Shown in pieces: positions 52,221-63,230 of a DNA stretch of 64,000 nt. The stretch comes from Octopus sinensis (lineage: Eukaryota), in NCBI RefSeq assembly GCF_006345805.1, contig NC_043002.1, forward strand, positions 53,382,001 through 53,446,000, written 5' to 3'. Below the pieces are notes generated by a model. The model was given only the letters and a program-made list of their open reading frames with translations. It made no database searches and had not been told where the DNA came from. The position numbers were made by a program, and so were the translations under genes. Each line of letters opens with the position of its first letter. Position 1 is the stretch's first letter.

Positions 52221-54569
52221 AAACGATAATTGCTGACGAGTTATTCTTTATTCTGCATTAGGTTTCATACCATTTGATGTAGTGCTTGCTATGAAATATT
52301 AGTAAAAATTTTAATGTAAATTTTTCAGTTAGGATAGATTATATACCCCAGTTGGTAGCTCCCCAAAACCACCATTAAGCCTAAACAATTGCAAAATCTA
52401 TCAGAGAGTTTAAGTTAGTTCCACTTTATTTTAAAATATTTTAAAATTCTTATAAAGCTCTTTATTTTTAACCCAAAACGTTTGGTGTTCTAGTATCTTA
52501 ATTAGCACTAAATATCTGTCTATAACAGTAATGCTATAACTGAGAGCGGGTGTAAATGTAGGAACTCTAATAATCGACAACTGAATGGAAACTGCCATGT
52601 CATTTTTTTGATAAAAGGTGCCAACGTGGAAGCGTATCAAAGCTCATAGCCGGGGTTTTAGACGAAAAATGCCCATTGTACATGTATTCGTTGGTCATCA
52701 AAACCAGTAAATTTGTTACCGAGCTTTGGAAATATATTTGGAGAATATGGCACAATAGTGACGGTGCTGTTAATATAAATTGCTTGCTTTTACATCTGTT
52801 AACAAAATATGTAATACCGTACAAAATCTGAGAATAGCTTCAATTTAAGCAGCTACTTGTTTACATAAATCGGAAAGTTATAACGTAATTTTCAAAATAT
52901 TAAAAAAAATTGTAGTTGAAATCTTTCATAGACAAATTTAAAACGGGAAGTTTCTGAGAGTTGTGTATTTCATCGTTGTTTTCTGTGTATTTGTGTGCCA
53001 CGTTGTATGTTGCTCTTGACAGTCTTGCATGACTTTATGAATGAAAAGTTAATTTCGAATGCATTCTGAAAATCAACGAAAATCACTAATTCATTCAATA
53101 GCTTTCTCCTCCTTTCTCTTTCAGGCTTCCTTTACGTTTTCTTTCTTTTTCCTCTTTTTTACAAATCAGTATTTGAAGATGGATGACATTCTGTGAATAG
53201 CTTAGCATACCTTCTATGATATTGTTTGTTATAGTGATTTGCGTATTTTACATATACACAAAATTTCTACCATTTTTTTCTTATAAAGACAAAATCAAAT
53301 TTTTTATTGGTAGTTATTATTACGCATGTATCCATTGAACGTTTCCTTTGGCTAAAATGTTTAGAAATTCTGAAGAACTAATTTAGCAGAGTACGAATCT
53401 CGTTTCGGATATTTGCAGTTGTTAAAGGGTGACAACAAAAGCAAACAAAAACGAAACAGTAAGTAAGAAAAAGAAAAGCAAACAAAATAGAAGGATGGAG
53501 AAATTGGGAAGAAACCCTGAAGGAGTCGAAGACGGAAAATATATCTTTGTCTAATAATAGTAATATGAACCATTTTCCCTAAGGTAATGCTGGAATGTTA
53601 ATCGTTATTCATGTTTACAATTTATAATAAGTTCGATACGTCTGGTTACTTTCTATCTATGGTTGAAGTTTATTGACTGCTCCTTAGATAGAAGCAGGAA
53701 ATAAACTTCTGCAATTATTTTCTCTTATATATTATATTCTCTTATCTCTTTTCACGTTTATCTCTTTCTTGTAGTTTTTTTTCTAGGGTTTTATTTAGCT
53801 TATTCAGTTTATATATATATATATAGTTGAATTTGATGCTACAATATATTCCGCATATAAGGACTGACAAGAATTTATGTGCGTAAAAACGTGTTACGAA
53901 ACTACTTGAAACATTCCTATTAAATACATTCGAAATAACAATTGGTTTCTTTATATACGTGCGCGGGCGTATACACATGTGTGCGCGTGTGTAGTTAAAG
54001 ATATAAGAGAAAATACTTCATGTACAGTATAGCGATGCTAGCCAGATCAATTGCAGAAACAGAAAATGGTGGAATTAAGGGTAGAAACAAAAACATAGCA
54101 TAATATTTTAAGAGATCTCTTTCTCTCATTAGTTTACACACTAAAGTATTTCATTTGGTGGTTATATAACGATTCTGAGAAAGTATAGATTTTTAGGCAA
54201 ATAATGGATACTCTGTACCATATATATCGACATTTTCGGCCAAAATCAAACGATAGAAATTTGCATTATTTATTAAACTCTACATTCCAACATTAAATTT
54301 GTTTTTCCTAATATATAAGTGATTCCTAAGAGTCAATATCCTGGTTGAATAACTACACTGGTCGTGCAAATAAGACCAGAATATTGCATCTAACAGAGTT
54401 TCTGACCGAGGCCCATAAATATTTAACAGTTTGAATCGGTCTCATAGACAAGGGGGAATGATATATTGACATATAGAGTTGTTTAAAGTAAGAGTTGTTT
54501 AAAGTATGAAGTGATAATAAGAAAAGACACCATGAATGGATCCAGTTTCCGGCGAAACCATACAGAAAA

Positions 54570-54633
54570 TAATAACAATAATGATAACAGCAACAGCAAT
54601 GATGATAATAATAATAATAATAACAACAACAAC

Positions 54634-54679
<46 letters not shown>

Positions 54680-54803
54680 TAATAATAATAATAATGATAA
54701 TAATGATAATAATGATAACGATAATAATAATAATAATAATGATAATAATAATAATAATAATAACAACAACAACAACAATAACAACAACAACAACAACAAC
54801 AAC

Positions 54804-54846
<43 letters not shown>

Positions 54847-54850
54847 TAAT
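54570..54850. repeat. (AAT)n/(AAC)n microsatellite
   Basis: Directly visible. Confidence 0.95.
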
Positions 54851-54851
54851 A

Positions 54852-55212
54852 AGAGCTCCCAGCGAGCACAAACCTCTGTCAAGGCAACATCAAAGTCCTC
54901 TCAACGATTAGCTAGAGATGATTTTTAAAATGAGAATATCTTATATAAATTCGTCTGCTCTTACAAACGAGAATACTAAAAATGAACCCGATTGCTCTCA
55001 AAAGTTTAAAAAACCGGAGAAATAATCCAGAATTCTTGTCCGGTACCAGATCGATCCCAAAGTCTAATCAGTTCGTGCCAGTCACGAAACCAAATATCCC
55101 TGAGAGTTTCATCCGAACCCATCCAGCGATTCTTGAGATATCTTGTCCACGAACAAACAAACAAAGAAATAAACAAGCGTGACTGAAAATAATACCTCTG
55201 CATTTAAGGTAA
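54852..55212 (-). mobile_element. Non-autonomous Helentron-associated (HINE/DINE-like) element
   Basis: Minus strand: attacc...gcagaggtattattttc, (GTTT)n tract, gatatctcaagaatcgctggatgggttcggatgaaact, and 3' gccttgacagaggtttgtgctc, as in widespread metazoan HINEs. Confidence 0.55.
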
Positions 55213-55275
55213 TAATAATAATAAAATAATAATAATAATAATAAAGTAATAATGATAACAACAACAACAACAAAA

Positions 55276-56013
55276 TGAACCCATGGATCATGTTGTCTCC
55301 ATGTTCAGTCTTCTTGCGCCTAGAGATATCTCAACAGGCATGATAGAGCAACACAGTATATTCACTGGGTAATTTGCAAAAACCTGGACGTATCCCATGA
55401 TAAAAACTGGTAGAAACACAAACAATCTCCATTCCTTGAAAATAATCACATCTCACTCCTCTGGAACTTCACCATTCAAACTGACAGAAAGATAGATGCG
55501 AATAGGCCAGACATTATATTGAAAGACTTCAGATAAAAATCATGCCTCCTCATTGATATGACTGTCCCAATCGACATAAATGTGTCTCTCAAGACCGACC
55601 AAAAACTGAGCAAGTATAAAGTTCTTAAAATAGAAATTGGAAAATGTGGAACCTCAAGACGAAAACAGTACCTGTTGTCATAGGTTCCCCTAGGATTGAT
55701 AGCAAAAGGGGCGGATTGCTACCTAGCTCAAATACCAGGAAACCCCAAAATGTCAAAAATTCAAAAGATAGTGATCATGGGAACTGCCCATATCCTACAG
55801 AAAATACTTTCTATGTAATCTCAAATCTTAGAACAAACTTATAATTTTCTTATGTTTCCTTAAACATTCTCTACAACAATAACAATACTATGTGCAAAAA
55901 CAAATATATGACACCTTGGGCATAACATCAACTTGAACTTCTAACTTGTTGTCTCTTGAGGTCTCTGGGTGAGACTTGTACAACTTGTACAAATACAAAG
56001 CAAAAGTCAAACG
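55276..56013 (+). mobile_element. R4/Dong-clade LINE 3' end (RLE domain plus 3' UTR), ending in (AAT)n
   Basis: DHVVS...RHDRATQYIHWVICK, LLWNFTIQTDRKIDANRPDIILKD, LLIDMTVP, KLSKYK.L.IEI, MWNLKTKTVPVVIGS.G, GTAHILQKILSM*. Confidence 0.9.
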
Positions 56014-56051
56014 TATGATAATAGTAATAATAATAATAATAATAATACAAC

Positions 56052-56092
<41 letters not shown>

Positions 56093-56115
56093 AACAATAA
56101 TAATAATAATAATAA

Positions 56116-56159
<44 letters not shown>

Positions 56160-56248
56160 TGATAATAATAATAAAAAATAATAATAACAACAATAACAGT
56201 AACAATAATAATAATAATAATTATAATAATAATAATAATAATAATAGC

Positions 56249-56281
<33 letters not shown>

Positions 56282-56329
56282 AATAATGATAAAGGTATGG
56301 GTATAAAATTGACAAGAAAATAAGCCATT

Positions 56330-58480
56330 TATTTTACATGAATGACTTAAAAGTCTATGGCAAAGACGATAATGTGCTTGAAGTTCTACTATGTACTGTA
56401 AAAGCATTCAGTGATGAGATCAGAATGGAATTTTGGTCTTGATAAATTTGCCAAGGCCACTCTCCAGAAAGGGAAATTGAAGACATTACTTTCAGTGGTG
56501 TTAAATTCTGACACAGTTATAAAAGAACTTGAGTAGGAACAACCTTACAAATACCTCGGAATAAAAGAGGACCCTGCCATTCAGCGTGCACGATTGAAAG
56601 AGATCAAGAATGTATGTTATAGGGAGTTCTAGCAGTCCTAAAATCTGAGTTAAATGCACGTAACAAGGTGTTAGACATAAATTACATAGTAGTTCCAGTT
56701 GTTATTTATAGCTTCAATATGGAAATATCAGCGAAATAAGGAAAATTGACAGGAAAATCCGTAAGCTGCTGACTTGCAATAAGATGCACCATCAAAAGGC
56801 AGACACAGATAGTCTTTGTCTTACAAAAGCCCAAGGAAGTCGAGGCTTGATCCAACTCGAAATCTCTTACAAAACAGCCACAACTGGACTGGCCAGATAT
56901 CTTGAAACATTTAACGACTGATTGCTAAATCTCCTAGAAAATCACGTGAGACGTAAGAAGTTTTATTTTTTCATGAAGGGGAGTAAAAAGTTCATAAGTG
57001 AGTTCATGCATAATACCCAGTTTGAAGAGCATGATGGAAGTGCGGCAACTATAGTTGGAAAGAAGGTGAAATCAATGACAAAGCAAAAAGCGTTTTCACA
57101 ATTGACTGATAGGTGGGAACAAAAACCTCTGCATAAAAAATACGTAGCAAGCACGCTAATGTAGACCAGAATCATACCCATCAGAGGCTACGAAGCTAAG
57201 GGCTAAAGGCAGAGAGAAATGGCTTTATCTCAACTGCTCAAGATCAGAGCTTATTGATTCGGAAAATTTACTGCGACAGTGCTCTACTCAGTATGTGTGA
57301 CATACAAGTTAAAACAATTGCTTCACTTCTTATATGGATGGCAAGCCAGGAATTACCCTCAAATAATTTTCAGTTCTTTTTTTTATCATTCCAAATGCTC
57401 CTAAAATCACTGGTATTGTAACCGTCTTCAGATGCCACGTTTTTTGGTTTCAATCAGCAAATCTTTGTATCTTCTGAGCTTATCAAATTCTTTTGCCTAG
57501 ATATTATGATCACAAGGTATGCTCGTGTCAATCAATAAACAGATTTTATTGTTTTAGTTTTTCACAACAGTAACTGGTTTATTAGCTTTGATAGTCCGGT
57601 CTGTATGTACTGGAAAGTCTCAAAAAATCGTTACATTTTCGGAACTACCAAGCCAATGTACTGAAAAATGTAGTAGACCAATATTGCAACGATGTGATCG
57701 AAACAGTGGACCACCCAATCTCTAGGTGTAAGATTTTAACATCAGTAGAGCATAAATCAAGACACGTCAGAGTTGGTCAATATCTACACTGGTTAATATG
57801 TCGGCATTATAAAATCAAAACTGCTGACAAATGGTACAAGCAACACTTTCAGGCTGTAACGGAGGGAGAAAATGTAACGATTCTTTGAGACTTTCCTGTA
57901 CATACAGACCGGACCATCAAAGCTAATAAATCAGATACTGTCGTGAAAAACGAAAATAATAAAGTCTGTTTACTGATTGACAAGGGCATACCTTGTGGTC
58001 ATAATATTTCGGCAATAGAATTTGATAAGCTCAGAAAATATAAAGATTTGCTGATTGAAATCTAAAAAAATGTAGTATCTCAAAACGGTTACAGTACCAG
58101 TGATTGTAGGAGCACTTGGAATGATCAAAAATGGAAATGAAAATATTTGAGGATGATTCCTGGCCTACCATCCATGCAGGAAGTGCAAAAGATTGCATTA
58201 ACTGGTACATCACAAGTATTGAGAAGTGCAATGTTACTGTGAATTTTCTTTCTTTTTTCCTCATCATCTTTGTTTTCTTTTTTTTTGTCTTTCCATTCTT
58301 TCCTTTTTCTCTGTCATTCTTTTTTATGTCACATAGCTTTGTAAATGAACAATCTGGTGTGTTTATTTTAGTGGCATACTAATGTATCGTGTTTTTGTCT
58401 TCGTCCTAAATGTCAGGAAGACACTCGGCAAGAATCAGAAACAAAATTGGAAGAAGCTAATAAAATGATATTAATAATAG
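56330..58480 (+). mobile_element. R4/Dong-clade LINE, 5'-truncated (RT to RLE to 3' UTR), interrupted at 57265-57637
   Basis: HLFYMNDLKVY, SELNARNK, GSRGLIQLE, AQDQSLLIR|NYQANV, ETVDHPISRCK, RHVRVGQYLHWLIC, DKLRKYKDL, VPVIVGALG, pyrimidine-rich 3' UTR. Confidence 0.9.
57265..57637 (-). mobile_element. Antisense R4/Dong RLE fragment inserted in the preceding LINE, TSD ttcggaa
   Basis: ttcggaa at 57258-57264 and 57638-57644; removing the insert restores host codons L-L-I-R-N-Y-Q-A. Confidence 0.85.
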
Positions 58481-58520
58481 CAATAACAACAATAATAATA
58501 ATAATGATAATAATAATAAT

Positions 58521-59085
58521 GTGTTATCATGTACATTGTTTGGTCTTGGTATAAAAGATGGGCTACAGCAAATATTCTACTCAATACCAGTGTTATCATG
58601 TACATTGTTATGTCTTGGTATAAAAGATGGGCTATAGCAAATATTCTGTTCAATGCCACAGATTTGCATGTCTGTTGTTTGACCTTAACCAGTTGAGCAT
58701 GTCCCTTAGTAACTGATGATATGTACATCTCTGATCACGAGCAGAAGTAGTGAGGGAGCATCATAGCCATATGTATAGAGGAACTCTTTGGGGTTTGGAT
58801 AATTCACTTTTGGGAACATGGGTGTTTCGTTCAACATCCTTAACCACCCTTATTCAGGGACCTTTTGAGCGGGATGGGTTACTCGACCAGAAGAAAATTC
58901 TAACTGGGCCCCACCTGCAAGGTCATGTGCTGTTTATCTTGATATGAGATCATCATGTCGCGCACATATGGTTGTGATGCATGTGCCTAGTGTACCCTTA
59001 TCAGACCGATAGTCATGATGGGTATACTGAGCTTCGTATATTTTACCCCAGTGTCATTTTGATGGCATGCACTGCTCTCTCACTC
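58521..59085 (+). mobile_element. Non-coding (AAT)-tailed retroelement (family C), copy 1
   Basis: Aligns with 60550-61040 and 61125-61440; shared 3' end ...ctctctc(a/g)ctc followed by (AAT)n; variable 5' truncation. Confidence 0.75.
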
Positions 59086-59113
59086 AATAATAATAATAAT
59101 AATGATAATAATG

Positions 59114-59180
<67 letters not shown>

Positions 59181-59187
<7 letters not shown>

Positions 59188-59424
59188 TAATCCTTTTTGC
59201 TATAGACACAAGGCCTAAAATTTTGGTTTAAGGAGCCAGTCGATTACATCGACCCCAGTGCGTAACTGATACTTATTTCATGGACCCCGAAAGGATGAAA
59301 GGCAAAGTCAACTTCGGTGGAATTCGAACACAGAACTTAAGAGGGACAAAATTCCGCTTTCATTTTGCCCGACGTGCTAACGATTGTGCCAGCTCATCTT
59401 TATATAAGAAGAACAACAACAACG

Positions 59425-59478
<54 letters not shown>

Positions 59479-59547
59479 GCAATAATAATAATAATAATAA
59501 CAATAATAATAATAATAAATAATAATAATAATATAATGATAATAATG

Positions 59548-59603
<56 letters not shown>

Positions 59604-59840
59604 TAATCCTTTTTGCTATAGACACAAGGCCTAAAATTTTGGTTTAAGGAGCCAGTCGATTACATCGACCCCAGTGCGTAACTGATACTTATTTCATGGA
59701 CCCCGAAAGGATGAAAGGCAAAGTCAACTTCGGTGGAATTCGAACACAGAACTTAAGAGGGACAAAATTCCGCTTTCATTTTGCCCGACGTGCTAACGAT
59801 TGTGCCAGCTCATCTTTATATAAGAAGAACAACAACAACG

Positions 59841-59888
<48 letters not shown>

Positions 59889-59911
59889 GCAATAATAATA
59901 ATAATAATAAC

Positions 59912-59952
<41 letters not shown>

Positions 59953-59997
59953 TAATAATAATAATAATAATAATAATAAGAAGAAGAAGAAGAAGAA
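59181..59997. repeat. 416-bp tandem duplication of a minus-strand SINE family B plus (AAC)(AAT) tract
   Basis: 59181-59410 and 59597-59826 are identical by eye; ORFs 59280 and 59696 start with the same translation. Confidence 0.95.
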
Positions 59998-60540
59998 GGC
60001 ATTGCAATGTGGGAAGAATGATCCTTTGGGAGCTCTGTGGAAATCACAGCCTACAAAGAGCAGAGACTCTGTATGGCCAAATCCCAGCAGGAATTACCCA
60101 GAAGGAAGACTGCAATATTCTCTAGAACCTTCAGATCAAACATAGGAAGCCTGAAATTTTTGTGGTGAACAAAAAGGGATAATCGATATAGCATGTCCCG
60201 CTGACAACATGATCAAAGAGAAAGAAGAAGAAAAACTGAAAATCTATTAAGATTTGAAGTGGGAAATACCAAGGTTATGGGCAATGAAGAGTGGACATGA
60301 TACCAGTAGTAATTAACGCGCTTGGAAGTATCAGCACTGAACTACCAACATGGCTCAAAAAGATCGGTACAAATGTACAGATAGAACATCTACAAAAATC
60401 CATCATGGCTTGGAACTGCAAGAGTTCTTCACAAAGTTCTTGAAGCATGGTCTGTAAACCAAGTATCACGTTAGTCTACTGATTGAGGATAACTGTCACT
60501 TTCCATCATACACAGCAAAATAAGCTAAGAGTTTTCATCA
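59998..60540 (+). mobile_element. R4/Dong-clade LINE 3' end, second subfamily, ending in (AAT)n
   Basis: RHCNVGRMILWELC, HRKPEIFVV, IIDIACPAD, DLKWEI.RLW, IPVVINALG, LGTARVLHKVLE. Confidence 0.85.
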
Positions 60541-60549
60541 AATAATAAT

Positions 60550-61040
60550 GTATATCTTTTGTCATGGTATAAAAGATTGGCTACAGCAAATATTCTGATC
60601 AATACCACTGCAGAATATATGCTGTATATTGAATATTGCTTGACATTAACCAGTTGAGTATGTCCCTTTGTGACTGACGATTTGTGCATCTCTGATCACG
60701 AGCAGGAGTAGCGGGGGAGCATCATAACCATGTCTTGAGAGGTATTTTGCGGGGTTTTAATAATTCACTTCTGGAAACGTGTCCTTTATTTATCATCCTT
60801 AAAAATCCTTATTAAAAAGACTTTTCGAGCTGGAGGTTTTACTCGACCACAAGGAAATTCTAACTGGGCCACACTTGCAAGGTCATGCGCTATTTATCTT
60901 GGTATGAGCTCACCATGCCGCGCACATATGGTTGTGATGATTTTGCCTGGTCTACTCTTATCAGATGGCTAGATATATTGGGCTTCGTGGATTTATTTGT
61001 ACCGCAATGTGACTTTGATGGTATGCGCTGTCTCTCGCTC
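60550..61040 (+). mobile_element. Family C (AAT)-tailed retroelement, copy 2
   Basis: ggtataaaagattggctacagcaaatattc...ctctgatcacgagca...cgctgtctctcgctc(AAT)n. Confidence 0.75.
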
Positions 61041-61124
61041 AATAATAATAATAATAATGATAATAATAATAATAATAATAGCAACAGCAGCAGGCAACAA
61101 CAACAACAACAATAATAATAATAT

Positions 61125-61440
61125 ATGGTCCGGTGCAGTACCAGGCAGAAGCTCTCATGGCTTCTGATCTTAACTGATTGGAAGGTGTTATCAAATACAT
61201 TGTTTGGTCTTGGTATAAATGATGGGCTACAGCAAATGTTCTGCTTAATACCACAGCTTTGCTTGTCAGGTGTTTGACCTTAACCATTTGAGCGTTCTCT
61301 TAGTGGCTGACAATTTGTGCATCTCTGATCACGAGCAGAAGTAGTGGGGGAGCATCATAGCCATGTGTTGAGAGGGATTCTTTGGGGTTTGGATAATTCA
61401 CCTTTGGAAACATGAGTGTTTCATTTAGCATCTTTAACCT
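61125..61440 (+). mobile_element. Family C retroelement, copy 3 (longer 5' end, 3' end lost)
   Basis: gcagtaccaggcagaagctctcatggcttctgatcttaactgattggaag, then the shared body; stops where the minus-strand LINE UTR begins. Confidence 0.7.
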
Positions 61441-61804
61441 AGGGTAAAGGAACTCATTGTATACATAGGTAGGCCATTAAATAAGCACATGAGATTGTTC
61501 ATTTACAAGTTCATGTGGTAGAAAAAAGGGGATGAAAGAAAGACAGAAAAAGGATAGAAGGAAAAAGTAGGAAAAATGAAAAAAAAAATACAAAGAAAAT
61601 GAAAGGAAAAAAAGGAAAGAAAATTTACTGCGACAGTGCTCTTCTCAATATGTGTGACATACAAGTTAAAACAATTCTTTCACTTCATATATGGATGGTA
61701 AGCCAGGAATCACCCTCAATTAATTTTCAGTTCCTTTTTTTCATAATAATATAATAATAAAGAAATTATTGTATACAGTACTCAGGTGCACCACAAATTG
61801 TCAG

Positions 61805-61811
61805 AAAAAAA
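61805..61811 (-). terminator. T7 run 27 nt downstream of the tRNA: candidate Pol III terminator
   Basis: Plus-strand AAAAAAA at 61805-61811 is T7 on the tRNA strand. Confidence 0.6.
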
Positions 61812-61838
61812 GTGTTGGAGCGAAGTATGTTGAGTACT

Positions 61839-61911
61839 AGCCCCCAGGGAGGATCGAACTCCCGATCCCTGGTTTACAAGACCAGTGCTCTAACCTCTGA
61901 GCTATAGAGGC
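61839..61911 (-). tRNA. tRNA-Thr(UGU) sequence, 73 nt, complete cloverleaf; head of a retroposed 169-bp insert (functionality unproven)
   Basis: GCCTCTA TA GCTC AGAGGTTA GAGC A CTGGT CT-TGT-AA ACCAG GGATC GGGAG TTCGATC CTCCC TGGGGGC T. All four stems pair (two G-U in the acceptor stem); A- and B-box intact. Confidence 0.85.
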
Positions 61912-62744
61912 AGTCATCATTCCAAGTGCTTCTAAAATCACTGGTATTGTAACCGTCTTGAGATGCCACGTTGTTTTGGTTTCAATCAGCAAATCTTTAT
62001 ATCTTCTGAGCTTATCAAATTCTTTTGCCTAGATATTATGATCACAAGGTATGCTCGTGTCAATCAATAAACAGACTTTATTGTTTTGGTTTTTCACAAC
62101 AGTATCTGATTTATTAGCTTTGATGGTCTGGTCTGTATGTACTGGAAAGTCTCAAAAAATCGTTACATTTTCTCCCTTGGTTTACAACCTCAGAGTGTTG
62201 CTTGCAATATTTGTCAGCAGTTTTGATTTTATAATGTCGACATATTAACCAATGTAGGTGTTGGCCAACTCTGACATGTCCTGATTTAAACTCTATAGTT
62301 GCTAAAATTTTACACCCTGAAATTAGGTGGTCCACTGTTTCGAAGGTGATGAAGATGATGATGATGTTGATGATGATGATGATAATGATGATGATGATGA
62401 ATCTTGGTAAGCCGACACAATTGCCTCATCTACGATTTCGAAATTATAAAAGGTCCGTCATATTAAATATTATATTTGTCTTGTTAGAAGAAATATTTGC
62501 GAGCATTAAAACAATTGTACCTACAAAAGAATAAACTCATGGATAGTCGTGTAACCTGTGGAGATATGTTAGTCTTAAGCAAGACACGTCAACGTGATTA
62601 TGGATCGAAAACCAAAAAAATAATTCGGACAAAAGCGTTTAAAAGTTCCGAATTGTTTTCTTTTATTAAGGTAATTATAAAAAACCGTTACATCATACAG
62701 ACAGGTAAATGCATTGACTCTGAATGTAAATATCCATACATCCA

Positions 62745-63230
62745 GGCACAGGTGTGGTTGTGTGGTAAGAAGTTTCCTTCTCAACCTCATGGTTCCAGGT
62801 TCAGTCCTACTGCTTGGCACCTTGGCCCCAAATGTCTTCTACTCTAGCCTCGAGCCGACCCAAAACTTGTGAGTGGATTCAGTAGACGGAAACTGAAAGA
62901 AGCCAGTCGTGTATATATTTACATATGTATATGTGTTTGTATGTATGTGACGGAGAGAGAAAGAGAGAAAGAGAGAGAGTGTGTGCGCGTGTATGTGTGC
63001 GCGCGCGTTTGTGTGTGTATTTGTCCCCCCCCCCCCCCACCACTTGACATCCAGTGTCGGTGTGTTTACGTCCCGGTAACCTAGCAGTTCAGCAAAATAC
63101 ACCAGTAGAATAAGTACTATACTTAAAAAAAAAGTTCTGGAAGTCGATTTGTTCGACTAAAGCCCTTCAAGGTGATGCCCCAGCATAGCCGCAGCCAAAT
63201 GACTGAAACAAATAAAGGTTAAAAGATATA
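62745..63230 (+). mobile_element. SINE family A, full length
   Basis: ggcacaggtgtggttgtgtggtaag (A-box-like), ggttcagtcc (B-box-like), internal (GA)/(GT), tail gactgaaacaaataaagg. Confidence 0.9.

Larger units (their letters stand above)
61445..62343 (-). mobile_element. R4/Dong-clade LINE 3' end (RLE plus UTR), interrupted by tRNA-Thr retrocopy
   Basis: MDHLISGCKILA, GHVRVGQHLHWLICRHY, DKLRRYKDL, TIPVILEALGM; the UTR is the reverse complement of the 58250-58380 type. Confidence 0.88.
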
